Assembly: GCA_020851565.1 (NCBI GenBank)
Contig: JADZCN010000114.1
Span: forward strand, 30,361 to 94,360
DNA from: Acidobacteriota bacterium
Lineage (GTDB): Bacteria; Acidobacteriota; Vicinamibacteria; Vicinamibacterales; UBA2999
Direction: 5' to 3'
DNA: 64,000 nucleotides
A program made the position numbers and the translations under genes. The notes under the pieces are model-generated. The model saw only the letters and a list, made by a program, of their open reading frames with translations, made no database searches and was not told the origin of the DNA. This document shows, piece after piece, positions 1-7,949 of the stretch (position 1 is the stretch's first letter; each line of letters begins with the position of its first letter).

Positions 1-44
1 TCGCCTCGCGTAGCGCCGGAGCGACACACAGGCGGGAGACCGAT

Positions 45-812
45 ATGCGCGTGGCCGCCCTCTACGACATCCACGGCAACCTCCCAGCACTGGAGGCAGT
101 GCTGGCCGAGGTGCGCGACGCCGGCGTGGACGAAGTGATCGTGGGCGGCGACGTGCTGCCGGGGCCGATGCCGGCGGAGACGCTGGACCTGCTGGGCTCC
201 CTCGATGTCCCCGCGCAGTACGTGCGCGGTAACGGGGACCGCGAGGTGCTGGCCGCGGTGGACGGGCACGCGCTCATCACCGTGCCCCCGGTGCACCAGC
301 CACCCATCCGGTGGTGCGCCGCAGCGCTTCGCCCGGAGCACGTCGCGTCGCTGCGGACATGGCGGGCGACGGTTCGTCTCCAGCTGCCCGGCATCGGCCC
401 GGTGCTTTTCTGCCACGCCACGCCCCGGAGCGACACGGAGATCTTCACGCGCGCGACGCCGGAGGGGCGCATTGCGATTGCGTTTGGCGAAACCCGGGCG
501 GCGATGGTCGTCTGCGGCCACACGCACATGCAGTTCGATCGGACGATTGCCGGCGTGCGCGTGGTGAACGCCGGCAGCGTGGGGATGCCGTTTGGCGAGC
601 CCGGCGCCTACTGGCTGCAGCTGGATGAGGGCGGCCCGCGCTTCCGGTGGACACCGTACGACCTGGAGGCTGCCGCTGCGCGCATCCGCGCCACGGCATA
701 TCCAGGTGCGGCGGAGTTCGCGGCCAGCCATGTGCTCGCGCCGCCGAGTGAGGAACAGATGATCGCGGCGTTCGGAGAAGGCGGCCCTTCGGGCCGTGGG
801 CGCGGAGCGTAG
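45..812 (+). CDS. Metallophosphoesterase (calcineurin-like phosphoesterase) family protein
   Basis: 255-aa ORF with DIHGN, GGD, GNGD and CGHTH motifs of the metallophosphatase fold. GGGAGA SD-like box lies 5 nt upstream of the ATG. Confidence 0.8.
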   Translation: MRVAALYDIHGNLPALEAVLAEVRDAGVDEVIVGGDVLPGPMPAETLDLLGSLDVPAQYVRGNGDREVLAAVDGHALITVPPVHQPPIRWCAAALRPEHVASLRTWRATVRLQLPGIGPVLFCHATPRSDTEIFTRATPEGRIAIAFGETRAAMVVCGHTHMQFDRTIAGVRVVNAGSVGMPFGEPGAYWLQLDEGGPRFRWTPYDLEAAAARIRATAYPGAAEFAASHVLAPPSEEQMIAAFGEGGPSGRGRGA

Positions 813-936
813 GCGGCGATTCGCGCCGTAGGCGGCCCTCCGGGCCGTGGGTGCAGGGCGTGGCGAAGGGCTTCGCCGCGTCAGCGGCCCGTGGGGCCGT
901 CCCACGCCGCCGAAGGCGGCGCCCACCGGCAAAGCC

Positions 937-1091
937 GGCCCACCGAGCGCGAGCGAGGCTTACCGGCGAAGCCGGCTCCTTCCGGCCCACCGAGCGCGAG
1001 CGAGGCCTACCGGCGAAGCCGGCCTCCTCGGGCCCACCGGCGCAGCCGGCCCACGGCGCGAAGCGCCGCCCACCGAGCGAAGCGAGGCCTA
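937..1091. repeat. ~47-bp GC-rich tandem repeat (2 good copies plus a degenerate third) between convergent genes
   Basis: GGCCCACCGAGCGCGAGCGAGGCYTACCGGCGAAGCCGGCYCCTYC occurs at 937-983 and 984-1030, with a degenerate copy to 1091. Each unit has a CCGGC-GAA-GCCGG mini-hairpin. The last unit contains the stop (CTA 1089-1091) of the minus-strand gene. Related GGCGGCCCTYCGGGCCGTGGG units lie at 781-803 and 829-851. Confidence 0.85.
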
Positions 1092-4000
1092 CTTGACCTT
1101 CGCGAACTCCGCCTGCAGCTTCGTCAGCTCCTTCTGCAGATCGCCGAAGCGGTCGTAGGCGTCCTTGCCGATCTTCTGGTCGGCCTGGGTCACCATCCGC
1201 TGGACGTTGTTCAGCTGCGTGGCGAGCATGCCCGGCACGTAGATGCCAGGGGTATCGGCCACCTGGCTCCACAACGCCTGCAGCGGGTGCTCGTAGGCGA
1301 TCTCGCCCGGCGACTTGCCCGGAGGCAGCGCCGCAACCGGCTTCACGCCCGCCTTCTTCATTGCCGCCTCGATGTCGGCCTGCAGCTTTCGCGCGTCGCT
1401 GATGGCGTCGCGCACCTGCAGCTGGAAGCGCACCTGCTCGGCGATGTCGCCGTCGGCCACGCCGTCGGCGGCCACGCGCGGGTCGGACTTCACCTCGAGC
1501 GTCCGCGTGGTGGTCTGCCCGCCCGACGTCAGCTTGATCGTGTACTTGCCTGGCGGCACCATCGGCCCGCCGGGCCCGCCCTCGGGCGCGTTGGGCGCCC
1601 AGGGACCGGGATAGCGCAGGTCCCACAGGATCCGCTGCATGCCGGCCTCGGGCCTGATGCCGGGGGAGCTCGAGGCCCCGCGGCGGAAGAAGCCGCGCAT
1701 CTCCTGCCCGCCGCCGGCCGCGTTGGCCGACAGCACCGTCCACGCCTTCAGCGCCTGGCCGCGGGCGTCGGTGATCTCGAGCTTCGTGTCGGCCGCGGGC
1801 GCGTTCTGGAAGTAGAGATCGATCTGCGCTGTCGCGCCGGGATATTCCGGCTCGTCTGGTGATGCGGGCGCCGAGCTGTTGCGCACGCGGATCGCCTCGC
1901 GCGGCGCGAAGACGATGGTGGCGGGCATGGACGTGGCGGCCTGTTCGACGGCGGAGGGGCCCGAGGACGCCGGGACTGAAGTCCCGGCACTCCAGTCGAT
2001 TCCCCACCCGTTCGAGGCGCGCGGCGAGCCGCCCTGCGCGATGGCAGCCAGCTGTTGCAGCGGCGTCACGTTGTCCATGATCCACGCCGACCGCCCCATG
2101 GTCGAGATGACCAGGTCGTTCCTGTGCACCCGCAGGTCGGTGACCGGCGTCACCGGCAGGTTCATCTGCAGCGCCTGCCAGTTCTTCCCCGCGTTGAACG
2201 AGACGAAGAAGCCGAACTCGGTGCCGGCGTAGAGCAGGCCGGGCTGCTTCGGGTCCTCGCGCACGACGCGCGTGGGGTAGTCGTCCGGAATGCCGTTCTT
2301 CCCGTCAGTGAGCAGCGTCCAGGTGGCGCCGTAGTCGTCCGTCCGGTAGATGTACGGCTTCAGGTCGTGCTCGCGCATGAAGCGGTAGGCGGCGATGTAG
2401 GCGCGGCCGCGCGCGTGCGGCGAGTCCTCGATGGTCTGGATGCGTGCGCCCACCAGGCCCTGGGGCGTCACGTTCTTCCACGTCTTGCCGTTGTCGCGCG
2501 ACACGTGCACGGGGCCGTCGTGGGCGCCCACCCAGATGACGCCGCGCTCGAGGCGCGCCTCGACCATCGAGTAGATGGTGGAGTACACCTCCTCGCCGGT
2601 CACGTCACGCGTGATCGGGTTGCCCGACGGGTACTGGTACTCGGCCTCGTGCGCGGTCAGGTCCGGGCTGATGATGTCCCACAGGATGCCCTCGTCCGTG
2701 GAGCGGTGCAGCACGTGCGAGGCCTGGTAGATGACGCGCGAGTCGTGCGGCGACACGTAGACGACGGTCTGGCGCGGGAAGCGGAACTTGATGTCGTCCG
2801 GGTCGTGCCCGTAGCGGTTCTGCGGGTACACCCAGTAGTGCTTCTCCTGCCCGGTGCGGACGTTGTAGCGGCCCACCTCGCCCTTGCACGCGCCCCACAC
2901 CACCTGGCCGTCCGGCTTCGGCCAGATCTGGCCCGTCTCGCAGCCCGACGCCTGCTGCCACGCCTGCGCGGGATGCTCGAAGCCCCATGACATCGGCGGC
3001 ACGCTCGGGATGATGATGGTGCTGTTGTCCTGCTGCGGCATGTAGAGGCGATAGGGCGTCTGCTCGTCCACCGACACCATGTAGTACTCGGCCGTCGGCT
3101 GGTTGAGGATGGACGACCAGCTCTTCCCGCCGTTCAGGCTGACGTTGGCGCCGCCGTCGTTCACCTGGAGGATGATGCCCGGGTTGTCCGGGTTGAACCA
3201 CATGCCGTGGTTGTCGCCGTGCGGCGTCGGGACGGTGGTGAAGGTCTTGCCGCCGTCCACGCTCTTGTGGAGGCCGAGCTCGTTCACCCACACCTCGTTC
3301 TCGTCCTTCGGGTTCACCGTGACGTAGTGGAAGTAGAAGGGCCGCGCCCGCAGGCGCTGGCTGTTGTTCACGAGCGTCCACGATTCGCCCGCGTCGTTCG
3401 AGCGGTAGAGCCCGCCCCTGGGCCCGAGCGCCTCCACCATCGCGTAGAGCACCTTCGGGTTGCTGCGCGAGATGTCGATGTCGATCTTTCCGATCAGGTC
3501 GTCCGGCAGGCCCGCCGTGATCTTCTTCCACGTCTCGCCGCCGTCGGTGGACTTGTAGATGCCGCCCTTGTCGGCCGGCCCTCCGCTGATGATGTCCCAG
3601 CCCTTGCGGAAGCCGCGGTACGTGGCCGCGTAGAGGATGTCGGGGTTCTCCCAGTCCACCTCGATGTCGCGCCCGCCGTGCTCGTTGTCCACGAAGAGCG
3701 TCTTCTTCCAGGTCTTCCCGCCATCGGTGGTCTTGAAGATGCCGCGCTCGTCGTTGGGCCCGAAGGGCGACCCGAGGGCCGCCAGCCACACCGTGTTGGT
3801 GTTGTAGGGGTGCACCTTGATGCCGCCGATTTGCCCGGAGTTCTCGAGGCCCATGAACTGCCAGGTCTTGCCCGCGTCCAGCGACTTGTAGACGCCCCGC
3901 CCGATGATGACGTTCGAGCGGATGGCCGCGCTGCCCGTGCCCACCCACACGTGGTTGGGGTTGGACGGTGCCACGTCGATGGAGCCGATGGAGCCGGTGC

Positions 4001-4313
4001 GGAGCGAGCTGCCGTCGGTCATCGGCGCCCACGTGATCCCGGCGTCCTCGCTCTTCCACACCCCGCCGCCGACACCGCCGAAGTAGAAGGTGTGCGGCTG
4101 CTGGCGCACGCCCGAATACGCGGTGACACGTCCGCCGCGCGTGGCGCCGACGAGGCGCCACTTCAGGTCGTCGAACGCCGCGGATGGGACGATGACGTTG
4201 GGATCGCCCTGCGCCGACACGGAGGGCACGCGATCGAGGCCACCGATGGCGGCAAACGCCGAGACAAGGACTGCCAGGGTGATGACACGGACCGCCAGGG
4301 AGCAGGAGCTCAT
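1089..4313 (-). CDS. Secreted BNR/Asp-box repeat protein (sortilin/VPS10-like, glycosyl-hydrolase-like beta-propellers)
   Basis: ORF 1089..4331 carries about ten Asp-boxes S/TxDxGxTW (SEDAGITW, SLDAGKTW, TTDGGKTW, STDGGETW, SNDAGESW, SVDGGKTF, SRDNGKTW, TDDYGATW and others). A hydrophobic signal peptide follows the ATG at 4313; GTG at 4331 is the alternative start. Confidence 0.85.
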   Translation of the reverse strand: MSSCSLAVRVITLAVLVSAFAAIGGLDRVPSVSAQGDPNVIVPSAAFDDLKWRLVGATRGGRVTAYSGVRQQPHTFYFGGVGGGVWKSEDAGITWAPMTDGSSLRTGSIGSIDVAPSNPNHVWVGTGSAAIRSNVIIGRGVYKSLDAGKTWQFMGLENSGQIGGIKVHPYNTNTVWLAALGSPFGPNDERGIFKTTDGGKTWKKTLFVDNEHGGRDIEVDWENPDILYAATYRGFRKGWDIISGGPADKGGIYKSTDGGETWKKITAGLPDDLIGKIDIDISRSNPKVLYAMVEALGPRGGLYRSNDAGESWTLVNNSQRLRARPFYFHYVTVNPKDENEVWVNELGLHKSVDGGKTFTTVPTPHGDNHGMWFNPDNPGIILQVNDGGANVSLNGGKSWSSILNQPTAEYYMVSVDEQTPYRLYMPQQDNSTIIIPSVPPMSWGFEHPAQAWQQASGCETGQIWPKPDGQVVWGACKGEVGRYNVRTGQEKHYWVYPQNRYGHDPDDIKFRFPRQTVVYVSPHDSRVIYQASHVLHRSTDEGILWDIISPDLTAHEAEYQYPSGNPITRDVTGEEVYSTIYSMVEARLERGVIWVGAHDGPVHVSRDNGKTWKNVTPQGLVGARIQTIEDSPHARGRAYIAAYRFMREHDLKPYIYRTDDYGATWTLLTDGKNGIPDDYPTRVVREDPKQPGLLYAGTEFGFFVSFNAGKNWQALQMNLPVTPVTDLRVHRNDLVISTMGRSAWIMDNVTPLQQLAAIAQGGSPRASNGWGIDWSAGTSVPASSGPSAVEQAATSMPATIVFAPREAIRVRNSSAPASPDEPEYPGATAQIDLYFQNAPAADTKLEITDARGQALKAWTVLSANAAGGGQEMRGFFRRGASSSPGIRPEAGMQRILWDLRYPGPWAPNAPEGGPGGPMVPPGKYTIKLTSGGQTTTRTLEVKSDPRVAADGVADGDIAEQVRFQLQVRDAISDARKLQADIEAAMKKAGVKPVAALPPGKSPGEIAYEHPLQALWSQVADTPGIYVPGMLATQLNNVQRMVTQADQKIGKDAYDRFGDLQKELTKLQAEFAKVK

Positions 4314-4377
4314 ACGATGGACCTCATACACGGATGGGACAAGTCCGCAAGGGGCGCGGAATCAACGGAAAAGTATA

Positions 4378-4450
4378 GACGCAGATGAGGGCAGCGCAGG
4401 GACGCAGATGGCGCAGGGCCGCAGATGGCGCAGATGTACGCAGATATCAA
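4378..4450. repeat. Array of GCAGATG-type 8-10-nt units
   Basis: GACGCAGATGAGG..GACGCAGATGGCGCAGGGCCGCAGATGGCGCAGATGTACGCAGATATC. The same unit family (or its reverse complement CATCTGCG) recurs at 5254-5303, 14950-14985, 47540-47572, 49810-49924 and 61921-62008. Confidence 0.9.
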
Positions 4451-4462
4451 GGAGTGGCTGGG

Positions 4463-5044
4463 CTAGGGATGAGCCGGGAGACTCGTTGCCAGCAACTTGA
4501 CCGAAGCACAGGCTCGGGCGGACGAGGAGACGCCCTTTGCGCAAAGGCCCTTTGCCTCGTCTTCGACCGACGAGGGATCCCGCAGCCGGGCGATGCCGAC
4601 CAGCGAGTACCAGGCCGCCTCGGCGGCCACCTCGGGCGGGGTGCCGTATTCGAGCGGGCGCAGGATCTCGAGGGCGTTCTGCGGCTCGTCCATGAACAGC
4701 CGGGAAATGCCGAGGTAGAGCGCCGCTGTCGGATCGTCCGGATAGTCCATGCGCACGCCGTCGAGCGCGGTGGCGGCGGCCACGTAATCGCCCTTTCGAT
4801 ACGGCTCGAGCGCTGTGTTCAACGCCCGCGCGGCGGGGGAGGTGCCGGCGATGAGTGGGGCCTCGAGGGATGTCAGGGGAAACGCGGCCAGATACGGCGC
4901 GGGATCGACCGGCGGCGGCTCGGGCGCGTTGACGGCTTCCGTTGCCGGCGCTCGCGGGGGACCGGGTGCCGCACCACGCGTCAAGTAGATCGCGCCGGCT
5001 ACAAGCGCGACCACGACAGCCAGCGCCACTCCGACCTTCTTCAT
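4463..5044 (-). CDS. Membrane-anchored hypothetical protein with TPR-like C-terminal region
   Basis: This is the in-frame part of ORF 4463..5302, starting at the ATG at 5044 (MKKVGVALAVVVALVAGAIYL transmembrane anchor). The upstream part of the ORF only translates the 15-mer tandem array. No specific family recognised. Confidence 0.55.
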   Translation of the reverse strand: MKKVGVALAVVVALVAGAIYLTRGAAPGPPRAPATEAVNAPEPPPVDPAPYLAAFPLTSLEAPLIAGTSPAARALNTALEPYRKGDYVAAATALDGVRMDYPDDPTAALYLGISRLFMDEPQNALEILRPLEYGTPPEVAAEAAWYSLVGIARLRDPSSVEDEAKGLCAKGVSSSARACASVKLLATSLPAHP

Positions 5045-5047
5045 CCC

Positions 5048-5183
5048 GCTCCGAACCTCCGCGCTTTGAACACCCGTGCTTTGAACACCCGTGCTTTGAA
5101 CACTCGTGCTTTGAACACTCGTGCTTTGAACACTCGTGCTTTGAACGCCAGTGCCTTGAACGTTCGTGCTTCGAACCTCCGTG
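5048..5183. repeat. 15-bp tandem array, about 8.5 copies (GTGCTTTGAACACYC)
   Basis: Read directly: GCGCTTTGAACACCC, GTGCTTTGAACACCC, GTGCTTTGAACACTC x3, GTGCTTTGAACGCCA, GTGCCTTGAACGTTC, GTGCTTCGAACCTCC. It lies in the divergent gap between starts 5044 (-) and 5215 (+). It is the reverse-complement family of the array at 53282-53412. Confidence 0.95.
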
Positions 5184-5214
5184 TGCCGGCGCCCCGGCAG
5201 TATACTTCGCGCCA

Positions 5215-6498
5215 ATGAAGCGACTCCTCCTGGCCCCTGCGTTGGCTCTGTCTGTATCTGCGTCCATCTGCGTCCCATCTGCGGCCCAGGTATCTGCGCC
5301 ATCCACGGTTCTCATCCCCGACTCGGTGTTCGATGGAGAGCGCCTCCAGAAGGGATGGGTGGTCGTCATCCGCGGCGAGCGCATCGTCGCGGCGGGCCCC
5401 TCGGCGTCGGTGCCCACACCTGCGGGCGCGCAGACGCGGCGACTGTCCGGGTTGACGTTGATGCCGGGCATGATCGAGGGGCACTCGCACCTGCTGCTGC
5501 ACCCCTACAACGAGACGACGTGGAACGACCAGGTGCTGAAGGAGTCGGTGGCCTACCGAGTGGCTCGGGCCGTGACGCACGCGGAGCGGACGCTGATGGC
5601 CGGGGTCACCACGGTGCGCGACCTGGGCAGCGAAGGCGCGGGGTACGCGGACGTGGGGTTGAAACGCGCCATCGATGATGGCGTCGTGCCGGGACCGCGC
5701 ATGCTCGTCGCGGGGCCAGCGATGGTGGCCACGGGCAGTTACGGGCCGAAGGGCTTCGCCTCCGAGTGGCGGGTGCCGCAGGGGGCGGAAGAAGCGGACG
5801 GCCTCGAAGGCGTCGCGCGGGTGGCGCGCGACCAGATTGGGCACGGCGTGGACTTCATCAAGATCTACGCGGACTATCGCTGGGGCCCGAACGGTGAATC
5901 GCGGCCCACCTTCACGCTCGACGAGATCACCCGCATCGTCGAGGTGGCCAGGAGCAGCGGCCGGCCGGTCGTTGCCCACGCGGGGACGGTCGAGGGGATG
6001 CGCCGTGCCATCCTCGGCGGCGTCGAGACCGTCGACCACGGCGACGAGGGCACGCCGGAGATCTGGAAGCTGATGGTCGAGAAGGGCGTGGCCTATTGCC
6101 CGACGCTGGCCGCGCCGGACGCGACGGCGCAGTACGCCGGCTGGAAGAAGGGCGTGGAGCCCGAGCCGGAGCGCATTGCGAAGAAGCGCGAGACGTTCAA
6201 GGCGGCCCTGGCCGCGGGCGTGAAGATGTGTTTCGGCGGGGACGTCGGGGTCTACCCGCACGGCGACAACGTGCGCGAGCTGGAGATGATGGTGCAATGG
6301 GGCATGACGCCGCTGGCGGCCACGGTCGCGGCGACGTCAGGGAATGCGGCGCACTTCCACCTCGAGAACCGCGTCGGCCGCGTGCGCGAGGGATTGCTGG
6401 CGGACCTCATCGCCGTAGAGGGGGATCCGACGGCCGACATCGCCGCGCTCCGCCGTGTGAAGTTCGTGATGAAGAACGGCCGCGTCTACAAGCAGTGA
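5215..6498 (+). CDS. Amidohydrolase family protein (metal-dependent hydrolase), secreted
   Basis: In-frame part of ORF 4942..6498 from the ATG at 5215, with signal peptide MKRLLLAPALALSVSASICVPSAAQ. HxH metal motif (EGHSHLLLH); overall similarity to the second amidohydrolase at 13711..14943. TATACT lies 8 nt upstream of the ATG. Confidence 0.8.
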   Translation: MKRLLLAPALALSVSASICVPSAAQVSAPSTVLIPDSVFDGERLQKGWVVVIRGERIVAAGPSASVPTPAGAQTRRLSGLTLMPGMIEGHSHLLLHPYNETTWNDQVLKESVAYRVARAVTHAERTLMAGVTTVRDLGSEGAGYADVGLKRAIDDGVVPGPRMLVAGPAMVATGSYGPKGFASEWRVPQGAEEADGLEGVARVARDQIGHGVDFIKIYADYRWGPNGESRPTFTLDEITRIVEVARSSGRPVVAHAGTVEGMRRAILGGVETVDHGDEGTPEIWKLMVEKGVAYCPTLAAPDATAQYAGWKKGVEPEPERIAKKRETFKAALAAGVKMCFGGDVGVYPHGDNVRELEMMVQWGMTPLAATVAATSGNAAHFHLENRVGRVREGLLADLIAVEGDPTADIAALRRVKFVMKNGRVYKQ

Positions 6499-6580
6499 CA
6501 AAGAAACCACGAAGGCACGAAGAGAATCACGAAGGGCACGAAGTCAAGACCTCAAGCCCCAAGCCCCAAGCCCCAAGACC
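6499..6580. repeat. Composite array: AAAGAAACCACGAAG / CACGAAG units followed by GACCTCAAG / CCCCAAG units
   Basis: ACAAAGAAACCACGAAGGCACGAAGAGAATCACGAAGGGCACGAAGTCAAGACCTCAAGCCCCAAGCCCCAAGCCCCAAGACC. It is collinear with the element at 52327-52443 and sits between convergent gene ends (6498 and 6593). Confidence 0.9.
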
Positions 6581-6592
6581 TCATGGCCCCCT

Positions 6593-7774
6593 CTACACCA
6601 CGTTCAGCTCACCGCTGCGTGCGGCGGCGGTGAAGCGGTCGTGCGCGAAGGGGGAGAGGTCGAATTTCGGATCGCGCCCCGTCATCACGTCCGCCAGGAT
6701 GCGCCCCGCCGCCGGCGCGTGCTGGAAGCCGTGCCCGCTGAATCCGGCAATCGTGTAGAAGCCCTGGACGTCGGATGACGGCCCGATGATGGGGTTGTGG
6801 TCCGGCGTCATTTCGTAGAGGCCGGCCCACGCGTGCGAGACCGCGGCCTCGGCCATGGCGGGCAGCCGTCGCACGGCCACCTCGGTCACCTTCGGCAGGA
6901 AATCCCAGCGCACGGTGATGTCGAAGCCCGGCGTCTCGTCCGGGTCGCCCATGCCGAAGAGCAGCCCCGGCCCCTCGCGGTGGAAGTAGAACGTGCTCTC
7001 GAAGTCGATGACGAGCACCTTGGAGCGGGGCATGCGGCCTTCCCACTCCGGCGCGTCCCACGATCCTCCGCGCTCGGGCGTGGCGATGAAGATGTGGCGG
7101 CGCTCGGGCTCCACGGGCACGTCGACGCCGCAGTAGCGGCCGATGGCCTTCGCCCACGGGCCGGCGGCGTTCACGACGACCGGCGTGCTGATGTTGCCGC
7201 GCGAGGTCTGCACCTCGGCGATGCGGTGGTGGTCGAGCCTGATGCCGGTCACCTCGGTCTCCCGGACGATCTCCACCCCGCGTGCCTGCGCGCCCTTCGC
7301 GAAGCCCATCGTCACGCCGTTCGGATCCGCCACGCCATCGGCGGCGCACCACGCGGCGCCGCGCACGCCTTCGAGGTCGATGCCCGGCGCGATGGCGGCC
7401 GCTTCCCTCGGCGAGAGCCACTGCACGCCGACGCCCATCTCCTGCTGCAGGGCGATGTTGCGGAGGAACGTGGCCACGTTCGCCGTCTTCGACACGAGGA
7501 ACAGGTAGCCGTCCCGGTGGAAGTCGATCGGCGTGCCGACGCGCGCCTCGAAGTCGGCCATCATCGCGATGGACTCGATCGACAGGCGGATGTTCGCCGG
7601 GTGGGAGAACTGGTGCCGCACGCCGCCGGCGTTCTTGCCGGTGGAGCCTGTCGCCAGCTGCGCCTCGCGCTCGACGAGGACGACGTTGGTGACGCCGCGC
7701 TGGGCCAGGTGCCAGGCGAGGCTGCATCCCATGCAGCCGCCGCCCACGATGACGATGTCCGCCGTGTGTCGCAT
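6593..7774 (-). CDS. FAD-dependent oxidoreductase (DAO family; sarcosine/glycine/D-amino-acid oxidase-like)
   Basis: In-frame part of ORF 6593..8137 from the ATG at 7774. N-terminal Rossmann motif DIVIVGGGCMGCSLAWHLAQRG. TACAAT lies 6 nt upstream of the ATG. Confidence 0.8.
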   Translation of the reverse strand: MRHTADIVIVGGGCMGCSLAWHLAQRGVTNVVLVEREAQLATGSTGKNAGGVRHQFSHPANIRLSIESIAMMADFEARVGTPIDFHRDGYLFLVSKTANVATFLRNIALQQEMGVGVQWLSPREAAAIAPGIDLEGVRGAAWCAADGVADPNGVTMGFAKGAQARGVEIVRETEVTGIRLDHHRIAEVQTSRGNISTPVVVNAAGPWAKAIGRYCGVDVPVEPERRHIFIATPERGGSWDAPEWEGRMPRSKVLVIDFESTFYFHREGPGLLFGMGDPDETPGFDITVRWDFLPKVTEVAVRRLPAMAEAAVSHAWAGLYEMTPDHNPIIGPSSDVQGFYTIAGFSGHGFQHAPAAGRILADVMTGRDPKFDLSPFAHDRFTAAARSGELNVV

Positions 7775-7949
7775 GGATGAATTGTAGCGGCCCGACGGCA
7801 GCCGCGGCGTGGGGGGCACCTGCCACCGACGGTTCCGGGCCGCTCCGTGGCGATCGACCTCCCACGCCTCGGAAGGACCACGTCTCGCCAGTCTCGAGAG
7901 CCTGAGCCGATCCCGGGCTCCCTTCGGCCTAGAGAGCCAGGAGGCACCC

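Noticed and set aside
445-2085. Long ORFs overlapping or antisense to recognised genes. Examples: 445..2085 (-), 2055..2990 (+), 5041..6297 (-), 11267..13663 (-), 15038..18511 (-), 16048..17784 (+), 22399..24702 (+), 34640..36088 (-), 36265..38298 (-), 55110..57296 (-), 59440..61191 (-), and 60580..62031 (the upstream part of ORF 60580..62784).
   Set aside because: Their translations are Arg/Ala/Gly/Pro-rich low-complexity sequences with no motifs. Each is fully overlapped by an ORF in another frame or strand that carries clear domain signatures. Such stop-poor shadow ORFs are expected in very GC-rich DNA.
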